NCBI RefSeq assembly: GCF_009914755.1 | Contig: NC_060947.1 | Source: the human T2T-CHM13v2.0 reference genome, Homo sapiens | DNA: 64,000 bases | Reading direction: 5' to 3' (one strand) | Shown: positions 1-11,405 of the stretch, one piece after another | Numbering within the stretch: position 1 is the first letter of the stretch | Layout of the letters: each line of letters starts with the position of its first letter | The notes under the pieces: generated by a model | The model's database searches: none | Told to the model about the DNA's origin: nothing | The model's input: only the letters and a program-made list of their open reading frames with translations | Made by a program: the position numbers and the translations under genes

Positions 1-315
<315 letters not shown>

Positions 316-1654
316 TAATCACCTTTATCAAGTCTTCCAAAGCATTCAATTTAGTATTCATAGAAACCACAATTCTCTTATCTTTTCATTTCTATTTCAT
401 TAGTTTTCATGATATTTAATTAAATAGGACAATTTTAATAATAAGAATAACTTGCATAGCCAGGTCAGGAACCACAGACTGTTGCCTCTTGGAGAACATA
501 CTCTCAAATGGTGGGAGCCAAGGTACATGGTACCAGAAAGGATACTTGAACACCTTTCAAAAACATCAATAGGTTACTAATATCCATCAATAGGTTTGGA
601 GTGGGAATTGGGCAGTTTATATGTAGAAAATGAAGAGTTTAGGGTAAGTCAATGGTGCTTGCTTAACAGAGCCTTTTTATACTGAACTGTGTATAGTCCT
701 TCAATGTAGGCCATTTTTTCTTGCTTCAGTGATTTTGCTCCTGTCACTTTTTCTCTCTGGCATGTCCATTTACTCTTCATTTGCCTCTTCTCATCCTTTA
801 AGACCCATCCCAGAGATCACGTTCCCTAACAAACTCTCCCTAACTCCTACTTTCCCAGGCACATAAAGTTCATGGAAGGCCACAAATAAAGTACATTCAC
901 TTGTATATCTCCACACAGTGGTATCATCATTACCAGCCAATGCAACAACATATTTGGTGCCAGCTAGTCTGTTTCACTAGAACTAGCCAAGTTGAAAAAA
1001 TAAAATATGACATAAAACAATTAACTATGAAGCTGATTTTTCATAGTCTTTTGATGAAGAATTATGAATGCCCTTGAAAGCTTTTCAAGAGTCATCAGAG
1101 AACAGATGGGAAGAGACCAGCTTTTCCATTGACACCTGTGAATAATAATATCTGTATGATTCTCTCTGATCAATCTAAAAATAGCTCTTTGGTGATATGG
1201 ATTGCATCTAAAACATCTTGTGGCTATATGTAGGATGAGGCTAAAACATTCAGTTTCAGGGCTAATTCCTGCTTAATTCACTTAAAAGGTATTAGTTGAG
1301 ATACAGTGAGAGTAGGATAAACAAATGTACAAAATGTTTGAATCAAAGAGCTGCTTTTTGCCATAACTAGCTAAATAAATTGAAGTTACTTGTCTCTTAA
1401 ATGTACTAAATTCTGAAGAATACCTAAAATATTATTAACCAAACTCCTTCCATTTTTTTAAGACTAGAAGGGATCAAGGTCAATTTCTAGAATTGCAAAC
1501 GTATCCATGGAAATGTGATAACATGATAAAAACAGAAAAATTGGTCTGGCTCTTTAGATCTATTTTTAATCTATATAATAATGTCAAGTGTAAAGATTTA
1601 AATCTTCAGTTTAATCTGAATGTGAATAAAATTCTTACGATTTAAATTAAGAAA

Positions 1655-1930
1655 GTACTTACTGGCCATCTACAATATATCAGGCTTTCTGGTAAGTACT
1701 GTGGGTTATAGAGATAACAATAAGAGAGTCCTCTGCCCTCATGAAGCTTTTAATCTTGCTGGGGGAAAAGCATATGTAAATAGGTATGATACATGATATA
1801 TACATACAATATTACATGAGTGTTATAAAAAGGGGCAAGAAAACCTTAAGAGAATAAACTGCTTATGTTTGAGAAGAGCAGGTCACAATTCATTGAGGTA
1901 ATAGCAGTTAAGATGAGTCTTAAGGGATGT
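1655..1930 (-). mobile_element. L2 3'-end fragment (degenerate)
   Basis: Resembles the reverse of the L2 tail: tacttactggccatctac...gtcctctgccctcatgaagcttttaatct. Boundaries are approximate. Confidence 0.5.
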
Positions 1931-2269
1931 GTAAGATTTTGGGAAAAAAAATAAGGGGAAAGAGAATTCAACCAAAGGAAGCGGTTTTTTTTTTTTTTTG
2001 TCTTGTTTTTTGTTCTTTGTTTTTTTTTTTTTGCAAAAGCTGAAGAACAGAAAACTTCAGGTCATTCAAAGCTTCAGACATAAACAGAAATAGTGGAAAT
2101 TATGAAAAACAGGGTTGGAAAGATAGGTCAGAACAGATTCTATGTTCAATTCTTTTGCTACTACGTGTGGCCATCAAAGGTAAGGAGAAGGTTGGTAGGA
2201 AGAAATTGCAAGTGTATACCAGAGAATCCTGATGGACAAAACTGGGATAAATAATGCAAAATCTGATCT

Positions 2270-2478
2270 AGAGTAAGGACTCCGGAGGCAGACTGCGGGA
2301 CTGCATCCTGGTTCAAATACTTGCTGGCTGTGCAATCTTGGGCAAAGAGTTTTATCAGTCTGTGCCTTCGTTGCCCTCCTGTAAAATTAAAAGGAGAATA
2401 GCAACTATTTCATAGAGTTGTTATAAGTATTGAGCTACGTAAAACACTTGGAACAGTGCATGGCAATATTAAGTGTTA
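2270..2478 (+). mobile_element. MIR SINE
   Basis: MIR core-like text: ggaggcagactgc...gctgtgcaatcttgggcaa...ctgtaaaat...catagagttgttataag...aaaacacttggaacagtgc. Confidence 0.75.
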
Positions 2479-2632
2479 TCACCATCACTTCCATCACCAC
2501 CCTAACCGTCATCATCATACAAAGGTCTGCATGAGGTACTATAAAATCAAATATCTATGGAAAAGCAATTAATATAAATGAGCAAAGTGGGACAGGTGCT
2601 GCAAACTGAGGACAAAGCTTGCTTACCCCAGG

Positions 2633-2785
2633 CAATGCTTCTCAAACTTTAATGTGCCCATGAATCACTTGGAAACTTGGAAATCTTATTAAAAATGCTG
2701 ACTGTTATTTATTAGATTCTGCATTTCTTAGCAACTCCCAGGTGATGTCTGTGCTCTGGACCAGAGACCACACTTTGAGTAGCAA
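2633..2785. mobile_element. MER5-type hAT-Charlie MITE
   Basis: caatgcttctcaaactttaatgtgc...ctcccaggtgatg...ccacactttgagtagcaag. Confidence 0.75.
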
Positions 2786-3829
2786 GAAAATGAAACATCT
2801 GTTACTCAGTTGTAGGTGATGGTGCCAAGAGAAAATATAGTAATGAGTGCCTAGTAGCCAGATCTAAATTTTCAAAAGAAGACAGAAATCCATATTTTTT
2901 TAAAAAATGAGGTCTCTCAATTTTTAAAAGTTGTCAATTATTTAAAAACAGTGGCTATGCAAAAATACTGCATGCATTCAGGATTCAGCCTGTGGGTACT
3001 CAGTTTCCAAACTCTGGGCTGGATGGAGAGTCAAGGTCTAAACTGGCAATGAGAAAAAAAGGAAGTTTGAGTACAGAGCAAGCGGACGGGACAGATCCTG
3101 GGGGCAAAATGTGAATGTGTGAGCAGGCTTGTAGCACTGGTTCACACGGATATACTGGGTACATTTAACATATTGCACACACTGTAAAGAGCCATTTGAG
3201 TCATTAAAATATTCGCTTTTAATTTGTAGGAAATAAGATGCTGAAAAGCTATTTGGTTGAAAGCTATTTGGTTGGGGGTGGGGTCTGAATTTGTAAGAAG
3301 CCAAAGTTAAAGAAAACTTAAGAGACAACAGTTGTCTTACAAGGAAGCGCATAGAGCAATATGAATTGCTAATGGAGACTTTCAAGAAGAGGACCAACCA
3401 GGCCTACTTTAATGAATTAGATAAGGCTCATTTCTAATCAACAGCGTGTATTTGCATGCAAACAATGAGCTAAGGTCTTTAAACAATAATTTCTTCCTTT
3501 AAGTACATTTACGAATGCCTCCCATTATCTTATTTACACCATTAATTTGCATGGCAAACCAGCATAGATTATATACTAGTACATTTTGGTTTAAGAATTC
3601 AGAAGTAGAGAGGTTTAAAGGAGTAGTAACTTAATGACCGTACATGAAGTCTCACACAAGAAGGGCTTTTTAACATGTCTAGACTTACTTTTAACTTCCA
3701 TGTATTCTGAAAGAGATTTGTCAAGAATCATTTCCAAGGTAATCTGAAAATATTATCTCCTTTGGGACTGCTTGCCAGAAAGGTGCACACATTCCATTGA
3801 GAAGGGGCTACTACCCAGATGTACGTTTC

Positions 3830-4838
3830 TACGTACTATTCACCTCTAAAAGTAACCAGAGTTCCTTGAAAAAAATGGGTAATTCTAAATCTGGGATAGG
3901 CAAAGTCCAAGGTGAGCCTGGGACAATTGAGCAGGAAGCTCTGGGCAAGAATAATAACTGTAATTCATAATAATATATTGAATAAATAAAAATTTATGAG
4001 TCCATTTTGACATAAATATAGAGGAAAAACCTTTTTTTTTTTTTTTTTTCAAACAGAAGAAAGCCAGCTGGTAAATGTTAAGATCATGTCAGATTAGGAA
4101 AACCTCCATTTTGCAAGCCCCAGTGTAATAACTGAGTTAGGGAAGGATCATCAATGGATACTAAAGCCATTAGATGATTTATTAATTGCGAAGAAAAAAT
4201 GTGACATTATAATGCAAGATCTGTCAGTCACCACCTGAAGCAAGTAATAAAACTTTGCAGCATTTAGTGAGACTACTTCATATGATGCACCTCCTGATGT
4301 GACGTAATACAAAATACACAGCATCTCATATGAAGTATTCTCGCCAAACATGTTTGACATGCATCTCTTGAAGTCTTATTTAGACCTAACTTCCAGTTTA
4401 CTAGAAATTCAGAGACTACAGAACAAGTTAAATCATCCCATCAGGGGAAAAAAAATAAAACAAATCCTGAAAGATGAGACATTTTTTGAGGCTAGCGTCC
4501 TGGACATTTTCAAATTTCAATATCGGTGAAAAAAATGTGGAAGGGCTATTTTAGACTAAGAAGGATGAAAAATAATAATAACCAAATGTAATGCATGAGC
4601 CATGATAAGATATTGGTACTAACTCCCCTGCAAAATATAAAAGACATTTTTGAACTATTAAGGAAATATGAATATGGAATGGATATTAACAATAATGCAG
4701 TATTATATTTAATTTGGAGGAGAGCATAATAAACAGGCATGGTTATATATGGCATGTCTGTATTTCAAAGCGACACATGCTGAATTATTTAGGGGTAAAA
4801 TATAATGGTATTTATAACTTATTTGCAAAAATGTTAAA

Positions 4839-4872
<34 letters not shown>

Positions 4873-5050
4873 TGCCCTATATATGAGAGATACAGAAAGA
4901 GGGTAGAGAAAGCGAGAGAAAAAAAGCATATATGGCAAAATGTTAACAATTGTTGACTCTAAGAATTTAGGGGGAGGAAAACAGTGTAAATGGGCATATG
5001 TTTTGCAATTGTTTCAATTTTTCTATATGTTTGAAATTTTTCACAAAAAG
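3830..5050 (+). mobile_element. Old L1M (L1MC/ME-like) 3' UTR fragment
   Basis: Ends in ggcaaaatgttaacaattgttgactcta...tttttctatatgtttgaaatttttcacaaaaag, typical of old L1M 3' ends. The 5' boundary is approximate. Confidence 0.55.
4841..4871. repeat. (GT)15 microsatellite
   Basis: Perfect dinucleotide run, read directly. Confidence 0.95.
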
Positions 5051-5274
5051 ACTTGGGGAAGGAAAAAATTCAAAATTATTTTCATTAAGGTAACACTTAA
5101 ATTAAAACCACTATTCCTTAATGCATATTAGTAGAATAATTGCCTTATCTGTGATATGGGATAAGCAATATCAGACTTGTCTAAAAGAAGAAAGAATTAT
5201 AATGTTTTGAAATCTTAATTATTATTGCTAAGGATTATGATTCAGAGGTTCCTCAATTTAGGAATTCCACTTCC

Positions 5275-5411
5275 CACTGCCTTGCTTCCGTCTCCCATTC
5301 AAACTTTTATCAACTGACATTATTCTAAGTAAAATCCTCTTCATTATGTTGTCAGCAATCCATTGCTTGAAGGCCTGGCTCCCCAGAACCCCTCGACTGG
5401 TATGTCTTCTC
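5275..5411 (-). other. Latent 137-nt pseudoexon in intron 45
   Basis: Acceptor ccttttcttctggagtattctag|GAGAAG. Near-donor GTG|GGAAGT, one change (5273, G>T on minus) from GTAAGT. Confidence 0.75.
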
Positions 5412-7539
5412 CTAGAATACTCCAGAAGAAAAGGAGTGTATGAAGATAGTGACTGCACATTAAAATGACTGAAACCATAGTAAATTAGGATGAGATTCTG
5501 GGCAGATAAACAGACAGCTGGCTAGGATCATTTTTTTATGCCTTGGACTTCTTTGGCAATCTGTTGAAGCCTGACATTCCTCAGAATAATGTTTTAAAGC
5601 CCAACAATAAGACCCTGTAGCACATATAATAAGTACTGCAGTTTTGAAGTAGTGATAAGCATAAATGATATTTTGATATATTTATTATAACTGTAATGAG
5701 ATGTGTACATATCTGTGACTTCATAGGTACTGATTGTACTACTGTGATTTTTTTGCCTACTTTCAAAATGAAAAGGAATGCTTAATTTCAGTTAGAGGTT
5801 AGTAAAGACAAATAGGTAATTTTCTTCTCCAGTGAAGAGCATGGCGCCCCTTGCTATTCATGGACGCTTGCTTAAAGACTTGTACACAGGCTTGCTTTGT
5901 ATCAACCTATGACTTCCCCTTACAGCCGATGATAGGTTTTTATTTGCACCTCCTTCGTGTACAAAGACAGTTTTGGTGGCTACGCCATCATTAAACTCAT
6001 TATTATCATGCTTAAGCCTATAGATGTATCCAGTTCTTCTGTTACATAATTGAAGCTGTAGTGAATTGTCTATCTTAAACTGCATCGCTAACTGACTACA
6101 TTTCACACTTCATTTGCTTCCAACATAGACTAACCTTCTTGGATGTCCACTATTATTTGAACTTTTGAGATTTTTTTTCCTATTTCTAATATCTTAAAAT
6201 TTCAGAAGACTTAAAGTTTTGCAACTACAGGGCTCCATATAGACATCTAGCTTGAATTTATACACTTTCTTTCATTGATGTCCCTGGACTAAAAAATGTT
6301 AAATATTTCTAACCGCTGTACTTAAAGTCCATTACAAACGAAGACTACTGTTGTTAAGTTGAATAGGCATCTTATATATTTTTCACCGGTGCAATAAATA
6401 ACTTCTATTCCCTTCTAACATCTGCTTGCGTTGCACTGAGAGTACACTATTGATTAGCAATAGGTTCGTGATTACAGCCCTTCTATAATTAATTGTTAGG
6501 TTAACATATTATTCATAAAATATTATTTTATTAATTTTTACTTGATTTGCTACTGGATGCTTAGAAATAGCTATGAGTATATTGGTAGAACCAGTACTTA
6601 TATTTTATTACATTTTTACATTTCATAAAATTTAAGTGATATAAAAATCCTGAGGAAGTATGCCACAAAAGTGGTCTCAGTGGAAATTTAAATATGTTAA
6701 CATTTATTTTTAAAATGTAGCGTGAAATAGACAACTTTAAAAGCTCAGCTTAAAAAAAAAACTCAAGGAAGCTGAACTTGACTTTTTAAAGCACTGAAGT
6801 GCAATATTTAATGTAGGTCAACATGTTTAAATGGGAAAATTTTTTTCCTAATTACAGCCAAATCCCTAGCTGTAATTAACTTAAAATTTGTATACTATTT
6901 CACAACAGAGTCAGCATATACCACTTTCTTATAAAATTAGAAAGATCTAAAATTTTAGAGCTTATTTGGTGAAACAGGCATATTGCTACATCTTTGTTTA
7001 TAAATTATAATGTGCCTTTAGAGCCCAATAACAGATAACAAGATTTTGAAAATTCAGGTGAATTAGAGTTATCAGAGGGAATGTTAATACACTCTATTCA
7101 AATACTATATGAGTAAGACATTTAAAATAGGAAACAATACTTTATATATTATAGAAAAATAATCTTCCAGTCGATTTAATCCACTTTATGAATTCTCTCC
7201 GTATATATATATTTATAGTATGGTATTCAATTTTTTTAATTTTCTCATTTCTTACCATCTTAATTTGGATTAGATTGAGCCTAGTTCAGAAATGACATTA
7301 TACAGGTTTATACCTGTTCATAGTATAAGCACATCAGTTATCTAAATAATAAAATACTTGTATGATTAAGAGAAGAATTTCAATCTGGGAAAAAAGTATA
7401 TGACTTACCTAAGGAAGTAGTTTAACTACAAAGTTTAGTTCTTTATTTTATCTATCTATAATCAAGAAGATTTTCAAAACCAAGACTTAATTATTCAAAA
7501 TATCTTTTGATGAGGCTATAATTCTTTAACTTTGGCAAG

Positions 7540-7541
<2 letters not shown>

Positions 7542-7583
<42 letters not shown>
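7542..7583. repeat. (GT)21 microsatellite, STR45/DXS1237 marker
   Basis: Perfect run. Flanks gaggctataattctttaactttggc (7512) and gtaacatgaataaagagggaaagag (to 7669) match the STR45 primers as I recall them, giving a 158-bp allele. Confidence 0.9.
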
Positions 7584-7585
<2 letters not shown>

Positions 7586-8566
7586 AGGTCAACTAATGTG
7601 TTTATTTTGTACAAAATATGAATTGTATCTACTTTCTGAATAATGTAACATGAATAAAGAGGGAAAGAGGAGGTGGGCAAAGACAACTGACATAATTCCA
7701 AAATCTTCTTTTTAATACATCTTAACGAAAGATATTCATCAATGAGTTGTTCTAGCTTCCTGAATATTAAAATCCACCTATTATGTGGATGATGGGTGGG
7801 ATGCAAGAGCTTGGCAAAAGAACGAAGTTTTCATTGTTCATAACAATAGTCTCATTTGGTAAATAAAGGCCAAGTCTTCCTTTACGAAACAAGACACATT
7901 AACATCAACAACTGGAAGCATAATACAAAATCCCATTTATAAACTGTCTAGGCTTTCCAACTGCAGCAGCACGCATTTGGCTTTCTGTGCCTTCAATACA
8001 TTCCAAGGGAAATTTAAATGATGATTGAATTTGACAGTAACCTTTTTGAGGTTTTGTTTTCCCCATTAAACTTGTACCTCTTTGGCTCAAGTTCCCCTTC
8101 AAGAATGTATTCACAAATGTGGTGAAACTAGAGGTAAGTGACACTATCACTTTTTTTAGCTTCATAGTCATATTCATAGCTATTTTTAAAACTAAGCAAA
8201 GATCTGTCTTTCCTACAAAACAATCATTTATAATTGCTTTCTAAAATCTTCTTGAAAAACAACTGAGATTCAGCTTGTTGAAGTTAAAATATATTGAAGA
8301 TATTCACCTTTAAGCAATCATGGGTGATTTTTAAAGCAAACTTCAAGTTTAAAATAGCAGAAAACCACTAACTAGCCACAAGTATATATTTTAGTATATG
8401 AAAAAAAGAAATAAAAAATTTCTTTACTGCTGTTGATTAATGGTTGATAGGTTCTTTAATGTTAGTGCCTTTCACCCTGCTTATAATCTCTCATGAAATA
8501 TTCTTCTAAAGAAAGCTTAAAAAGTCTGCTAAAATGTTTTCATTCCTATTAGATCTGTCGCCCTAC

Positions 8567-8742
8567 CTCTTTTTTCTGTCTGACAGCTGTTTGCAGACCT
8601 CCTGCCACCGCAGATTCAGGCTTCCCAATTTTTCCTGTAGAATACTGGCATCTGTTTTTGAGGATTGCTGAATTATTTCTTCCCCAGTTGCATTCAATGT
8701 TCTGACAACAGTTTGCCGCTGCCCAATGCCATCCTGGAGTTC
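8567..8742 (-). CDS. DMD: Dystrophin exon 45 (176 nt, internal coding exon, spectrin-like repeat 17 region)
   Basis: The minus strand translates ELQDGIGQRQTVVRTLNATGEEIIQQSSKTDASILQEKLGSLNLRWQEVCKQLSDRKK(R), recognised as dystrophin. Acceptor ...ttttgcctttttggtatcttacag|GAACTC (AG at 8744-8743) and donor AAGAG|gtaggg (GT at 8566-8565). Length 176 nt, phase 0 in and phase 2 out. Confidence 0.99.
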
Positions 8743-10260
8743 CTGTAAGATACCAAAAAGGCAAAACAAAAATGAAGCCCCATGTCTTTTTATTTGAGAA
8801 AAGATTAAACAGTGTGCTACCACATGCAGTTGTACTGGCAAAGAAAGAAATACAAAAGCTCCATGTGAAAATTTCCCTATGAAACTGACATGCCCATATC
8901 CAAAGGATACAAGACAGAAAGACACCTTTTATGTGTCAGGGAAAAAAGCACCCTCTCGGTTAGCTCCAGTTTTTATTTTTGTAAGCTTGTCAGCTAGAGG
9001 ATGTTATAATGTCCTACAAATCAATTAGTTGGAAACCTTTTCAAGAGCAAATTCGATTTCTTGTCCCCACAAGGATGTTCCATGTTTAATAGTCTATGAA
9101 ATGTTGTAAAATTTAAACATGAACAAAGTATTTGGGTTTCTTAGTGATCGTGGATACGAGAGGTGAAAAAGAACAAACATAGGTTAGTCACAGTATTAAA
9201 AAAAAACTCTAGAGATATTTAAATAAAATTAATTGCTATATTAGAAGAAAATTCATTTCAAATTCTGTCTGCGTCAATGTATTTTGCATTAGAAGCCACA
9301 AAAAACTGAGAATTAATTGCTTTCAGGAGCATCCCATCAAGATATCCCTAAGCTACAGTAATAAATTTTAAAATAATCTATAGTCACCAGAGCATTTTTA
9401 TGATTGTCAAGCTTAAATATTGTTTACTTTTTTCCTGAATGAAATTTTAAGAGTAAAGTATCAGAAAAATAGCTCAATTGAAAAGGAGAATATTACAACC
9501 AAGTACACACAAAAACAAAAATGCTTTTTACCATTAAATAAAAATGGCAATTACGTTCTATTTAACTTTTTAAAAAAGATAATCTAGAATTTGTAAGGCC
9601 ATTAAAATAACATATTAACTAAATACGAACCTTAGAAAATGAAATAATATCTGAGAACTTGAGGTACCTACCGTATTTAAATCTGAATGACTCAAATCCT
9701 TATGTCACTGACAGAATAATGTGCGTATGTAGAAAACTCTCCTAATAGATGTGATTCATATTCTCTAATATTTTTGTATTCTCCTACTCCTTGACACAAT
9801 AGCAAGCTGACAGTAGACCCCAGTACATGCTTCCTAAATGAAGGAAGGAATGCATGTTTTCTGAGACTGAGGTAAAGCTCCCTTAGACTCTCGTTTCACA
9901 TACATTTCTTGGCTTTTTTCTTTTTCTACATTCAAGCAAAATTATTTTCGAATACTGGAAATTTTGGTAGCATACAGTTAGCAATTAAAATACTCTGTAA
10001 ATCAGCAAACCGGTGACACGGTGCCTCACAATGAATATAAAACTATGCACAGTTACTGAACTATTCACAAGCTGTCCTGGCCATACTCTCTTGAATGCCC
10101 ATGAGATGTGCTCTAGTAAACATGTGATATTTCCTTGTAACTAGTTGGCTTTGCTCCATTGCTTACATCTCACTCTTTACCACCTGTTCAGATCAGCGTT
10201 GCATGTGACAGTCATTGCTTAGTAATAGAGACACCAGTCATAACAAACTGTGTCTATATA

Positions 10261-10303
10261 TTAGGTTGGTGCAAAAGTAATCACGGTTTATGCCATTACT
10301 TTT
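10261..10303. mobile_element. Half MADE1 (Hsmar1-derived mariner MITE)
   Basis: ttaggttggtgcaaaagtaatcacggtttatgccattactttt follows a TA. Only one inverted-repeat arm is present. Confidence 0.85.
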
Positions 10304-10429
10304 ATATCATAAATTCTTTGAGGTCAGATATTGTGTCTTATTCATGATAGTTTCCTATTGTTTAGTACAATGTCTGATGCATGGAAGGTTTCAGTAAGCA
10401 TTTGCTGAGTGAACGCATGAATCTATGAA

Positions 10430-10530
10430 TAAGGGAAGTGGGGAAGAAGCGGAGGGAGGAAGAGAGGAAGGAATGGAGGAAGAAAAGAAGGGAGGAAAGG
10501 AGAGAGGTAGAAAGAAAGGAAGGGAGGAAG
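10430..10530 (+). repeat. Purine-rich (GGAA/GGGA)n low-complexity tract
   Basis: About 100 nt of almost only A/G, following an L2-like tail (tgagtgaacgcatgaat). Confidence 0.8.
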
Positions 10531-11240
10531 TTCAGGCTCATCATCACCATGGAGTCATTAGTATTAATACCCATTACTGATCCTCCTAGAGATTCAAATA
10601 AATAAGCACAATTTTCTAGGTCTTAGGCAGTACATAATCTAGTTGAAAAAATAAGACACAGTTGCAAGTGATAATTTGTTATACTACATACAGTAGGATA
10701 AAAAAAAAGCAAGGTGATCAACAAATGGTAGGCCAGAAGAGGGATGATCTCAGTGAAAAGGATGAGCGGAGGAGACTTCTGGGTCAATTTGGAATTTAAA
10801 GAATCGTAGAACTTAGGCATATGGAGGGTTAGAGGCAGTGAGAGTACGGCAGAAGTTAAAGCCTGTGGTGTGCAATCTCCATGATGTGACCAAGAGCATA
10901 AAACTGGGCTCTATGCCACTGTATGAGAGCAGGCGTTAGGGGAGGAGTACAGCCCTCGGTGTATATTGGGGCCTGGGCAGAGAACTTGAGGCAACGTAAA
11001 TTATTAAGGCAACATGAACTATTACATGAGAATCACCATTGTTTTGGAATAAACTGCATCGTGCAAGCATCAGTGACTACTGAAATGGGAAAAAAATTTT
11101 GCCTAAAACATAGATGTCAGGGAGGTATTTAGAGAGTAAAGACCATGGCTCTTATTTGTTCCTTCAAGAGTGTCCAATACTTACAACTATTACTTCATAC
11201 TTTTAAAAAATGCATGGGCACACATCAGATGTATACCATA

Positions 11241-11405
11241 GCGGTGCTTCCTAGACTTTAATGCGCATACAAATCTCCTGGAGATCTTACTAAACTGCAA
11301 GTTCTGCTGCATTAGGTCCGTGGAGGCACCAAAATTCTGCATTTCCTACAAACTTCAAAAAAATGCCAATACTGCTGGTCCAGGAATACCTCTTTGAGTT
11401 GTAAG
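11241..11405. mobile_element. MER5-type hAT-Charlie MITE
   Basis: gcggtgcttcctagactttaatgcgcatacaaatctcctggagatctt...ctgctggtccagg...ctttgagt. Confidence 0.7.

Noticed and set aside
1175-1184. MEF2 consensus ctaaaaatag (also ctatttttaa at 8180-8189)
   Set aside because: Isolated AT-rich 10-mers are expected by chance here, and I saw no supporting E-box or CArG cluster.
8563-8925. 120-aa ORF as a standalone gene
   Set aside because: Only 8567-8742 is dystrophin. The N-terminal part is intron and polypyrimidine tract read in frame.
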